This document shows positions 18,624 to 30,414 of a stretch of DNA of 64,000 nt, in pieces (position 1 is the stretch's first letter; each line of letters starts with the position of its first letter). The notes under the pieces were generated by a model. The model was not told the origin of the DNA. It ran no database searches and saw nothing but the letters and a program-made list of their open reading frames with translations. Both the position numbers and the translations under genes were made by a program. The stretch covers positions 1 to 64,000 of the forward strand of contig MCFH01000098.1 of the NCBI GenBank assembly GCA_002104945.1, read 5' to 3'. This stretch comes from Piromyces finnis finn. Its lineage: Eukaryota > Fungi > Neocallimastigomycota.

Positions 18624-21600
18624 TGTAACATTTTTACATATCATATATTATATATTCGATTATAACATATAATAAAATTATATTATTCAATTAATTATGC
18701 CCTTATTTAGACATAAGTAATAATTTTTATGTCGAGGTATCTTCTGTTTCGTGTGTAACAGTTGCCTCTTTTAGTAAAAATTATAATTAAATTCTATGTC
18801 ATAATCTTAAATTATAAAATATTATACAATAAAGTTAATTAATAAAATAAACCTAAAATAATAATAAAATACTAATAACTATTTTAATAATAAAATTTAG
18901 TAAAATTTATAAGTATAAAATATCATAAGTAATTATACTAATACTAAGAATACAGGTTATAATTAACTATATACAAATAATATAACTATATAATAAAAAT
19001 ATGAATACTTAATAGAAAAAAGTATAAAAATTATAATATATAATTTTTATATTTTAAAAATAGAGTTAAACAATAATAAGGAATATAAATAGTTAATCAT
19101 TGAATTATAGCAATTTTAACTATTTATGTTCATTCCTTAACAGAATGCCCCTCGTTAAAACTCAAGCTACTCCGTTGCTGAGTTATATTTAACGATATTT
19201 TTGAAGTGTACATTTCTATTCATTAGTACACCAGTTTCTGGGTCTGCTAAGACTACTGTATTGAACTGTTTCTGAACCACTTTGAGAGGTCCTACAAAGT
19301 AAGGTTCCAATTTTGTTCTACTGAAGTTCCTGACCAAAACTAAGTCACCTATTTTTATTTTCTTAGCTTGGTCCATAATTAATTTTTCTTTTCTTCTCAT
19401 AGACCAATATTTATTAGCCGTCTTTACATTTTCAGCAGCTTCTAGTCCATCGATAATGATTTACAAATTTTTCCAAAAGAATTTCATCAGAACTCTTGTT
19501 TTGATCTTTAGTGGGTCGGGCAGCTATATCAAAAGGTTGTTGGTCTTCCCTACCATAAACTAGCTCAAAACTAGAATGGTTCGTAACCGTATTCTTTGTA
19601 GTTCTTAAGGCCCAAAGAGCGGAAGGTAGAACCTCATCCCAATCTTTATTTTCTTTTCCTAAGAGTCTTAAAAGTTTCCCAATTTCCTTATTTCTATTTT
19701 CTGTTAATCCATTACTTTCAGGGTGGTAGGGAACTGTAAATTTCACATATACGTCGTATAGGTCTAGAAATATCTTCGTAATATCTGAGGTAAATTGAGT
19801 TCCATTATCTGTAGTAATAACCTGTGGTACCCCATATCTTGCAAACACATTTATTAGAAACTTTATCACATCCAGAGAAGTAACAGTTCCCACCGCTTCG
19901 GCTTCTACCCATTAGTAAAATAATCAACTAGGACTATTATATATTGTTTATTATTTCTTGTCTTAGGTAGCGGTCCAATAATATCCAAACCTAGATGTAC
20001 AAATGGTCCTTCTACTTTAGTAGCTTTGTTCTCAGTTGGTTCTGGATAAGGTTTTGGTCGATTTACTTACTTGACACTTCTCACACTTGCTAATAATTCT
20101 TTTAATATCCGCTATCATATCATTCCAATAATAATTTTTCTTTAACCTTTGATAGGTCTTATAATAACCTTCATGACCTACGTTATGAGCTTGAAATATT
20201 AACTTTACTTTTTCTTCTACAGTGGATATTAGTTGACGTAAGTTGTTACCGTCTACGAAATATTCCTTCCCATCTATGGTAGTAAATTTTTCAGCTATAA
20301 ACTCCCTAATAACTTTGGTCAATAGTTCTTCATTATTAGCTTTATTAATTTTTGTTACCAGTATCTTTTTCTCTTCTATATTCTTCATTCTTGATAATGC
20401 ATCAGCTATAACATTATTCTTTCCTTTATCATATTGAATATCAATATCCAGCTGACTTACTGTAAGACACCATCTATTGTGACGTGCACTATTTGGTTCC
20501 TTATTTTTGAATAAACCCAAAAGTGGTTTATGGTCTGTATACACCATAGTAGTGTACGGGTTTCCTAAAATATAAGGTTTTAACTTACTCACACAAAAGA
20601 ATAACGCAGCACCTTCTAACTCTGTTATTCCATAATTTTTCTCCGCTTTACTAAGACTTCGACTAATATAATGTACAGGGTGTTCTATTTTTGTAGTTTC
20701 ATCTTCTTGTAATAAAACACCACCCACTCCTTCATACGACGCGTCCGTACGAATGATAAAAGGCTTATCAAATTCAGGGAACTTTAAAATGGGAGCGTTT
20801 ATCAATTTTTCTTTTAATACTTTAAATGCCGTTTCATGCTTTTCTTCCCATTTATATCGTATATTTTTCTTTAATAGCTCACATAAGGGCGCGGTTACTT
20901 GAGAGTACTTAGGAATAAAATTTCGATAATATCCTACTGCACCCAAAAACGAACGTAATTCATGAATATTTCCTGGTGCTTCCCACTTCTTTATGGCTTC
21001 TATTTTACTTTCCAAGGGACTCAAACCTTTAGTAGATAGCCTGTGTCCTAATACATTTACTTCTTCCTTCATAAAACTACATTTTTCAAGATTTATTTTT
21101 AATTCATTTTCTTTTAATATTTCAAATACTTTCTTAATATGTTCAATATGTTCTTCCACTCTCTTGGAATATATGAGTACATCATCAATAAAATTATATA
21201 CACAATTTCCAATTAAAGGAAATAATATTTTATTCATTTCCCTCTGAAAAGTTGCTGGTGCATTAGTTAACCCAAATGGCATGACCTTAAACTGATAGTT
21301 ACCAAACTTGGTAGTAAAACTAGTAACCTCAGTACTTTCTTCATGCATAGAAATTTGATGGTAACCTGAATATAAGTCCATAGTAGTGAATATTTTGGCT
21401 CCGTTCAGACTATCAAATATTTCATCGATGTAAGGGAGTGAATAAGAGTCCTTTTCCGTGAGGTCATTAACTCTCCTATAGTCTACACACATTCTCCACT
21501 TACCATTATGTTTTGGAACAAGAACTACAGGGGAAGACCATTCTGAATAGGATGGTTCTATTAATTTTATAAAAATTATAATATATAATTTTTATATTTT

Positions 21601-21641
21601 AAAAATAGAGTTAAACAATAATAAGGAATATAAATAGTTAA
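18624..21641 (-). mobile_element. Truncated Gypsy element F (no chromodomain)
   Basis: 3' LTR about 18624-19142, PPT gaggggcattc at 19143-19153, RT-RH-IN in three frameshifted ORFs, 74-bp 5' LTR remnant at 21568-21641. Confidence 0.85.
19167..21562 (-). pseudogene. pol: F pol (RT, RNase H, integrase), frameshifted
   Basis: ORFs 20032-21492 (MDLYSGYHQI, FIDD, RTDAS), 19432-19893 (TDNG, NGLTE) and 19167-19400 (YFVGP) are collinear parts of one pol. Confidence 0.9.
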
Positions 21642-22763
21642 TGTTAAGTTTTTGGGTTTGGTTATGCGGCCAGGTCAGAATGTTATTAATTATATAGTAA
21701 AAATGTTTTTTAAGAAATTAAATTTAATTATAAAATAACACCTTAAACTTCCAAATGAAAAATGAAAATTTTATATTTACTTTAAAATAACTTTTTATAA
21801 ATTTTTATTTATTTAATAATAATAATATAAATGATATTATAAGTAACTATATAATTAAGATTATAACTATAATTTTACAAAGAATTAAAATCGAATTCCA
21901 TTCATTCTCTTTTATATTCTTTGTTCAGATTATTAAATTGATATTAATAAGAATAAAGTATTACATGTAATATATTAATAATATAATTAAATAAGTAATA
22001 AGATTGTTTGTTTGTTTGTCATGACATAAAATAAAAATAAACATATGATTAATCATTTAAACATTTGATCCTAATTAGTAATTATAAAAAACTATTCAAT
22101 TAATAATTCATCATTATTAATTGATATTAACATAACATATTTTTTATAATTAAATAATTATTATTTTCAAAATTATTTCTAATAAAACTTGCCGTTAACC
22201 TATTTTATAATAATTAAGATTATTTAATTTATAGGTGTTAACTGTTACACCTAAATGGGTCTAGTTCTATTTTTAGTAACAGTCGTTATCATTAATTAAA
22301 TTAATATAACTAAAATTCCTATTGATATATTTTTAATTTCATCAAGTCATAAGAAATATTTATGATCCATACTTGATATCATATTGATTTTAATTTACCT
22401 ATTAAAATCTTTAAATGATCATAACTTCCTTAAATGATCAGTTAGAAGGAACGCGATTGTACCAAATTGTAGCTTTCTTCCTAAGCTTTCTAACAAACCT
22501 AGTTTCAAAACTATATTTAAAGGCGGTAGCGATCGTTTTTGGCGAGTTACGCCTTATTTCGTACTTGCTTCTTTTTGGCTAAGGGTTATAGTGTATTGAT
22601 ATTAAATTTTTGAAATCATAACCCTTTCACTGAATCAAAATTTAAAAGGTGACTTTTAAAAGTGTTTTAAAATAATTATTGAAATTATTTAATTATAATT
22701 ATTATGTTTAATTAATTATAGATATTATCTGAATTTGTTTTAAATCCAGTTAATATCTTCACA
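21642..22763 (-). repeat. Solo LTR, X family
   Basis: Reverse complement of 50366-51489; TG...CA ends; flanks gttaa / gtata do not match. Confidence 0.9.
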
Positions 22764-23013
22764 GTATATGTAAAAGTTTTACTAAACTTATAATTTAATA
22801 TTGAAATATTAAATTAAATAAAAGGTTAAAAGATAACTAGGTTAGAAAAAAAAATGTTTTATTAAAATAATCTTAATTGATTTATAAATGAATAATTAAA
22901 TTATATATTATGGTTAAAATAATTTCTTTTATTTTATTTAATAATATATTGCTAAAATATATAATAATAAGATTATTTAGTAGTAATACTCATTAAGTAT
23001 TAATTATTATTAA

Positions 23014-23097
23014 TAGTTAATAATTTCTAGTTAATAATCTATAGTTAATAATTTATAGTTAATGATCTTTTGTTAATAATTTATAGTTAATAATCTT
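23014..23097. repeat. Six 14-bp tandem units (tagttaataatyt) inside the G LTRs
   Basis: Also present in the G 5' LTR; only about two units in solo LTR Y1. Confidence 0.75.
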
Positions 23098-24804
23098 TAC
23101 AAAGATTTTAATTTCATAACTATTCTAAACTATTTATACTATTTGTAATTTTACATTTAATAATAAAATAACTTTTCAATACATGATTATATTCATAATA
23201 TATTTTATAATACTTAAACTAAACTTAAGACTTATTCCTAATTATTAAAAAATAACTATTGTTTATAATATTCATAATATTAGTTATTTCTTAATTATAA
23301 TATAATTCATTGAATATAATATTAATAATTATAATCTTCTAGTTCAAAGATTATAAATTATGTTATTGAAATAATTATTATAAAATAAAGTTAATTAGTT
23401 CCGGAAAATAATTTTAATTTAATTAAACAATAATTTTTATACTTTGAGTGAATGATTTATGTTTGATACATCAGGGGTGATCATTCTCTGAATAAACAAT
23501 TAATCATTGCTAACAAAATATCTTTAAATTGGAATATCTCGTGAACCAGCAGAGATATTGACCTGATTTTAAGATATGTTGTTTGTCTTGAGCGTGGCTT
23601 TCTAACGAATGTGGTTTTGACCAAAAACATTTTTATTCAAAAAGCGTCATTCGTTGAGGAGATACGCGTGTTTTTCCTTATTCCATTTTAACGATAAGGG
23701 TTAAAGTTATTTATTATAAAAATTATTAAGGGTTAAGGTCATATTTTAACCTTTTCTAAATTTTTAAATATTTCTTAATAAAATTTTATAATTTATTTGA
23801 AAATAAAATATTTGTTGATTTTGAAATTTCATAAGTGATTTCACAATTCCAAGTGATCTTGAAATTGTATTTTCACTAGTATTCGTGACATCGCTCCGCC
23901 AAAAAAAATCTAATACCAGGCGATTGAAATAATATAAAATAAAGTTGTATAATAAAGTATAATTGAAATAAATTGAAGTAGTATATACTAAATATAAATC
24001 AATATATAGTTGTATGTGTAACATGAAATAAAATGGTAACTAAATAAAGAATATATTTAATATAATAAGTTGAATATATTGCAATATATAAAATAAAATT
24101 AAAAAACATTTTCTTGTGTAACATTCAGTCAAATTCATAAAATTTTTGAAAGAAATGTTGAAATTTAAATTGATCATTGAGTGAAAAAATTGAAATTCGT
24201 ACGAAAAATTAAAATTTGAATAAGAAATATTATTCCTAGGATATTGAAACACTTTTTATTTTTGAAAAATGTTAACATTTGCTAAAATAATTGAAATTTC
24301 AAAAATTGATCAAATAAACTTTAATTAATATGATTTTGAAAAAAATTTTTTGAAATTTTTGAAAAATTTATAATAATAAAAAATTTTTTCATTAAATACA
24401 AAAAAATTTTGAACTAAACTTTTTGAAAAATGTCACTGAAAGAGTATTGATTTTAATGATCGATCGAGATAGTGACAATGTTGAAATTAATACTATTGAA
24501 TAGAGAATAAAATAAGCATTAACAACATATAAATATTTGTAATTGTACTGCTAAAATAAATTGAAAATTATTCTCTTTAAATATTTAATTTTCATTATAA
24601 AATTTTTGTGTTTTAAATTAAATAAATTGATAAAATTGTTGGAACAAAAATTATTGAATTGAAATTTAACATTCATAGAAAAAATTTTTGAAATTTGTGT
24701 TGAAATGTATTAGATGAGTAATACAAATTATAATAAAACATAATGTTAGTGAAAGATATTAATAAATTTTAAAAAATAAAATTGTTGAAATGCAATTTAG
24801 AGAA

Positions 24805-27800
24805 TTAAATTTTGTGTTTTCTAATACTTTTATTGAATTGAATTAATAATTCTTGATATCTTGGGTCACTTTCTATTACTGTAGCAGGAACCCAGTGCCA
24901 ACTTAGGCGGTGTTTATAACGAATTTTATATTCGTAGCGTTTTTCTTTATAATTTGTCCTAAAGTCACCAATTTCTATAATTTCTGCATTAGTTTCTTTA
25001 TATTTAAATCTATTTTTAAATTTATCTGGCGTAGATACATAAGGTTCATGTTCCGATATGTGAAATACAGGGTGGTGTTTTGGAAAAGGTGATTTTGAAA
25101 TATCTATTTTATAATTACCATTGTTTAAAACTTTTAAAACCTTGTAAGGACCATACTTACGAGGCGCTAGTTTGGCATTTTCAGTAGTAGCAAAAGCAGG
25201 AGGTGCATGAATCCAAACTTTTTGTCCTTCATTCAATTCAGGAGCAATAATTCTTTTCTTATCGGCAGCTCTTTTGTATAAATCTTGAGATCTAAGCAAA
25301 ACATCTTTAACTAAAAGGAAATTTTTACTAACATCTTTAATGTATTTAAAGTTTGAATCAGAACCTTGAAACAAAAAGACATCATCCATAGGTGGGTGGA
25401 ATCCATAATTAATGAAAAATGGAGTTTGTTTTGTAGATTCATGAACTGTATTATTATAAACAAATTCAGCTAGATGTAACCATTCAATCCAGTCATCGTG
25501 GAAAAATGTTCTTGAATAGCAACGTAAATATTGTTCAATGAAAGAGTTACAACGTTCTACTTGACCAACGGTCTCATGGTGATCTGTGGTAGCTATTTTT
25601 GGCTTAACACGCAATTTTTCCATAATTTCTATCCATAAAGCACTAGTAAATTGTGTTCCTCTGTCCGTATAAATATCTGTAGGTAGTCCATGGAGTTTAA
25701 AAATATTTTTTAGGAAAGCTTTGGCAGTTTCTTCAGCCGTAGGTATTTCTTTGAACGGAATAAGGTGAATCATTTTTGAAAAACGATCTACAACAACCAT
25801 TATAACGGAAAACTTTTTTGATTCAGGGAGACCACAAAGAAAATCGATTTCAATAGATTTCCAAGGGCGATCAGGAATTTCTAAAGGTCTTAAAAGATCA
25901 TATCTTTTATGTCTATTAACTTTATTTCTGGAACATTGTTCGCAAGAATTGACAAAATTTACGATATCTTGATGCATTTTAGGCCACCAAAAATTACGGT
26001 TAATTAGTTCTTCAGTTCTTCGAATACCTAAATGACCAGCAGTAGCGTTATCATGGTACCTGGTTAAAATATCTACATGAAGTTTTTCTGGTACATAAAT
26101 TAAATTATTATATAAAATTAAATTATTTTTTATTTTAAATTTTTCCATTTTTCTGAAAGGTCTGTAAAAGTAACCTTGATTAGCATTATTAGGACTAAAG
26201 TAAAGATAAATATTATTCGCATTTTCATCATCCTTATAATTTTCTATTATTTGATCAATGAGAGAACCAACAATACCAACAAAACATGGAGTATCGGGAA
26301 CGTTTTTATAATCTAGTATATGTTCTGGTTTAGGTTCAACATTATTTTTCTCGTAATCAGGTCTTCTTGACAAACTATCAGGTTTACCATTTTTTCTTCC
26401 TTGGCGGTATATTAATTGAAAATTATATTCTTGGAAAAATAAATGCCAACTATGTTGACGTTGGTTTCCGACTTTACCACCTAAAGTGTATAGAAGGTTT
26501 TTATGGTCGGTAAAAACGGTTACTTGGTATTTAGCACCTAGTAATAAATGTCTCCAGGTAGAAAATGCACATTTTATAGCTAAAAGTTCCTTTTCAGTAA
26601 TTGAATAATTTAATTCAGCATTGTTTAAACATCTTGAATAATATGCTACAGGATGTAATTTGTTATCTTCATCCTTTTGAGAAAGTATACAACCAATGGC
26701 AAAATTACTAGCATCGCATTCGACAATAAATGGTTTGGTTGGATCTGGATGTAATAAAATAGGTGAAGAGATTAGTCTCTTTTTTAATTCTAAAAATGAG
26801 TTATTACATTTATCATTCCAATTAAAACTAGTATTTTTCTTTGTTAAATTGTGAAGCGGTTTAGCAATAGTAGCAAAATCTTTTATAAATCTTCTATAAT
26901 AGTTGCATAATCTAACAAAGCGTTGAACATCTTTTACACAATTAGGTGTAGGCCATTCTTGGACAGATTTAATTTTCTTTGGATCAGTAGATATACCATT
27001 GCCTGATATAACGTGTCCTAAAAATTCAACTTCTGGCTTGTGAAATTCACATTTCTTTAGTTTAGCAAATAGATTATTTTTGAGTAATGTTTGGAGAACA
27101 GTACGAACATGTTGTATATGTTCATCTAATGTTTTCGAATAAATCAGAATATCATCTAAATATAAAATAACAAATTTTTCTAAATAAGGGCGTAATACTG
27201 AATTAATAAATGATTGAAATGTAGCAGGGGCATTTCTTAAACCAAAAGGCATTACTAAATATTCATAGTGACCATATTTAGTTCTAAAAGCTGTCTTATA
27301 TTCGTCTCCTTCACGAATACGCACTAAATTGTAAGCAGAACGAAGATCTAATTTTGAAAAGAATTTAGCACCTTTCACTCTTTCGATAATATCAGTAATT
27401 AGAGGAAGTGGGTAAGAGTTGCGAATTGTAACTGCATTTAATTTTTTGTAATCAATACAAAGACGTAACGATCAATCCTTCTTTTTCTGAAATAAAACAG
27501 GATAACCAGCTGGAGATTCAGATGGTCTAATGAATCCTTTCTTGAGATTTTCATCTATGTATTCTTTAAGAACTAGAGATTCATCTTCAGATAGAGGATA
27601 TATAGGACCATAATGTAAAGAAGCATCTTTTTGTAAAACGATTTTACAATCCGTTAGCCTATGTGGTGGTAATTTATCAGCCTTAACCTTGCTGAAAACT
27701 TCCGCTAAATCACGATATGGTTCTTGGTACTTCTTCTAATTTGAAGTCTTCTTCATTATCATCTTCATCATCAGTATTATAATCTTTTTCACTATTAGCT

Positions 27801-28500
27801 AAAAATGAGTGAATAAAGTAATTATAGCTGAAATTTTGATATTTTGGTTTAGAGTAATTTTTCAAATTATTAAAAGATGTATTGGAAGTTAATTTATTAT
27901 GATTAATGTTTTTAATTTTTAAATTTTTGGATTTATTCAATCGGTTTTTATTAATTTTATATATAATTTTATTAGAATTTAATTTTTTAAAATTGTTAAA
28001 ATTTAAACTTGAATATACAAAATTTTTATTATAATTAAAATGTAGTTGATATTTGTGTAAAAATTTATTGCCTAATAACAAATCTGTTGGAAGATTTTTA
28101 ATAATTAGAAATTTTTCTTTAAAAGTAATTAAAAATTTTGAATGATTAATATAGATAGTAGTCTTAAAATATAAGAAGGTGTATGTATCAATAAATATTG
28201 AACCACTAATTCCATTTATTTCAATTGAGTGTAATAATTTGTGTGGTTTTAGTTTTAATTTATTGACCAAGTTGATTGAAATAAAGTTGCAATATTAGCC
28301 ACTATCTAAAATTAAATTGTATTGATTTTTATTAATTGAATTTTTTAAATCATAAAGTTTGTTTAATTTAATTGGGATAAAAAATTTTAAGTTGAAAAAT
28401 GTTGTAGGCAATTTTTTATTTATTTTAGAGTCATATGTAGGAAAGTTGTAATGTATTATTTTTGTATTATGAACTCTCTTAGACTCTCTTGAGAGTTCAT
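24805..28500 (-). pseudogene. pol: G pol (PR, RT, RH, IN, diverged chromo-like end) with three lesions
   Basis: LILDSG followed by TAA (28295-28297), +1 frameshift near 27720, TGA at 27472-27474, then an open 857-aa segment with YLDD, ECDAS and TDRG/GQVER. Confidence 0.9.
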
Positions 28501-28513
28501 TTCTTAGTTTTTT
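28469..28513 (-). promoter_or_regulatory. -1 ribosomal frameshift cassette (A AAA AAC, 6-nt spacer, 10-bp stem-loop)
   Basis: Heptamer at 28513-28507 immediately before the gag stop; stem atgaactctc/gagagttcat; the -1 frame is open to the protease DSG. Confidence 0.8.
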
Positions 28514-29415
28514 GAGTTCATTTTTTGAACTTTATTGACATTATTATTATTATTGTTTGAATTTTGGTAATGGGTTTTATTCTTATTGAATTTCCTATTG
28601 TTTCTCTTATTGTAATGTTGATTTTTATTATTATTATTATTGATATTTAATTTATTATTAGTAGCAAGAGAATTTTCAAAAATTATACACTTTGTAACCA
28701 TTTCACTTAAAGTGTTAGGTAAAATATCAGCTTTCTTAATTTCATTCTTATATTTTGGATGTAAACCATTTAAAAATATTAGTGAAAGACTAATGTCATC
28801 TATCTCTAAACAACGACTTAAATCTCTAAATTTGTTAATATAATCGTTCACTTTTCCATAAGCTTGTCTTAATTCTATTAATTGAATCATGGCTAATTTG
28901 GTACTGGTAACATTTGAAAAAGCTTCGCTTAATTCACTTAATAGTTCGCTCATAGTCATAGGAGTAATACCATCTTTATATTTAATATGGTACCAAGTTC
29001 TGGCAGAATCACGTAATCTAACAACAACAAAGTTAATTTTTACTTCTTCAGATAGTTGATTGTTAGGTGGAGTTTTAAAGGTAGCTTGGCAGAGTTCGCA
29101 GAATAACTCAGTCTGAGTAGTATCACCAGTAAAGAATCCTGGATCTGGTACTTGTTTGATAGGATAGGTTCTATTACGCATTATAACATCATGATCTTCA
29201 TCATAATCAGTAGAAGATTCCTCGGTTTCAGTATAATTAGCACGACTCTTAAGTTCCTTTAACATAGCATCCATACGTTCTAACAAGGAGGTGGTATTTT
29301 TATCCAATTGTTGAGTGATATACTTGTCTAATTCACCACAAAGATTTTTCTTAAATTCTTCTAAATCTTGAGGCTTTAGAAATTGTTGAACTGGTTTAGG
29401 TGTTGGTTGAGTCAT
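28504..29415 (-). CDS. gag: G Gag (no CCHC knuckle, N-rich C-terminus)
   Basis: VPDPGFFTG...LRDSARTWY...LRQ...YINKF...FLNGL retrotransposon capsid pattern, located between the PBS and pol. Confidence 0.9.
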   Translation of the reverse strand: MTQPTPKPVQQFLKPQDLEEFKKNLCGELDKYITQQLDKNTTSLLERMDAMLKELKSRANYTETEESSTDYDEDHDVIMRNRTYPIKQVPDPGFFTGDTTQTELFCELCQATFKTPPNNQLSEEVKINFVVVRLRDSARTWYHIKYKDGITPMTMSELLSELSEAFSNVTSTKLAMIQLIELRQAYGKVNDYINKFRDLSRCLEIDDISLSLIFLNGLHPKYKNEIKKADILPNTLSEMVTKCIIFENSLATNNKLNINNNNNKNQHYNKRNNRKFNKNKTHYQNSNNNNNNVNKVQKMNSKN

Positions 29416-30364
29416 TATTTAAATTTTTAAATTAAGTTTTTTCCTAAGGTAGTTATGGTAAAAAAACGCGGTAAAAATTATTGTTAAACTTATAATTTAA
29501 TATTAAAATATTAAATTAAATAAAAGGTTAAAAGATAACTAGGTTAGAAAAAAAAATGTTTTATTAAAATAATCTTAATTGATTTATAAATGAATAATTA
29601 AATTATATATTATGGTTAAAATAATTTCTTTTATTTTATTTAATAATATATTGCTAAAATATATAATAATAAGATTATTTAGTAGTAATACTCATTAAGT
29701 ATTAATTATTATTAATAGTTAATAATTTCTAGTTAATAATCTATAGTTAATAATTTATAGTTAATGATCTTTTGTTAATAATTTATAGTTAATAATCTTT
29801 ACAAAGATTTTAATTTCATAACTATTCTAAACTATTTATACTATTTGTAATTTTACATTTAATAATAAAATAACTTTTCAATACATGATTATATTCATAA
29901 TATATTTTATAATACTTAAACTAAACTTAAGACTTATTCCTAATTATTAAAAAATAACTATTGTTTATAATATTCATAATATTAATTATTTCTTAATTAT
30001 TATACAATTCATTGAATATAATATTAATAATTATAATCTTCTAGTTCAAAGATTATAAATTATGTTGTTGAAATAATTATTATAAAATAAAGTTAATTAG
30101 TTCCGGAAAATAATTTTAATTTAATTAAACAATAATTTTTATACTTTGAGTGAATGATTTATGTTTGATACATCAGGGGTGATCATTCTCTGAATAAACA
30201 ATTAATCATTGCTAACAAAATATCTTTAAATTGGAATATCTCGTGAACCAGCAGAGATATTGACCTGATTTTAAGATATGTTGTTTGTCTTGAGCGTGGC
30301 TTTCTAACGAATGTGGTTTTGACCAAAAACATTTTTATTCAAAAAGCGTCATTCGTTGAGGAGA

Positions 30365-30399
30365 TATACAAACCTGAACTTAGCATATAATATTTTACA
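30365..30399 (+). repeat. 35-bp terminal remnant of a D-subfamily LTR
   Basis: Reverse complement tgtaaaatattatatgctaagttcaggtttgtat resembles the D LTR terminus tgtaaaatattctaaagttcaggtttgtat. Confidence 0.7.
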
Positions 30400-30414
30400 G
30401 TGAGTAGAGCATCA

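Larger units (their letters stand above)
22769..30366 (-). mobile_element. Gypsy element G, two-ORF (gag / -1 pol), decayed
   Basis: 3' LTR 22769-23890 (Y family), PPT ggcggagcga at 23891-23900, pol 28500-24805, gag 29415-28504, PBS 29471-29481, 5' LTR 29482-30366 truncated on the right. Confidence 0.9.
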
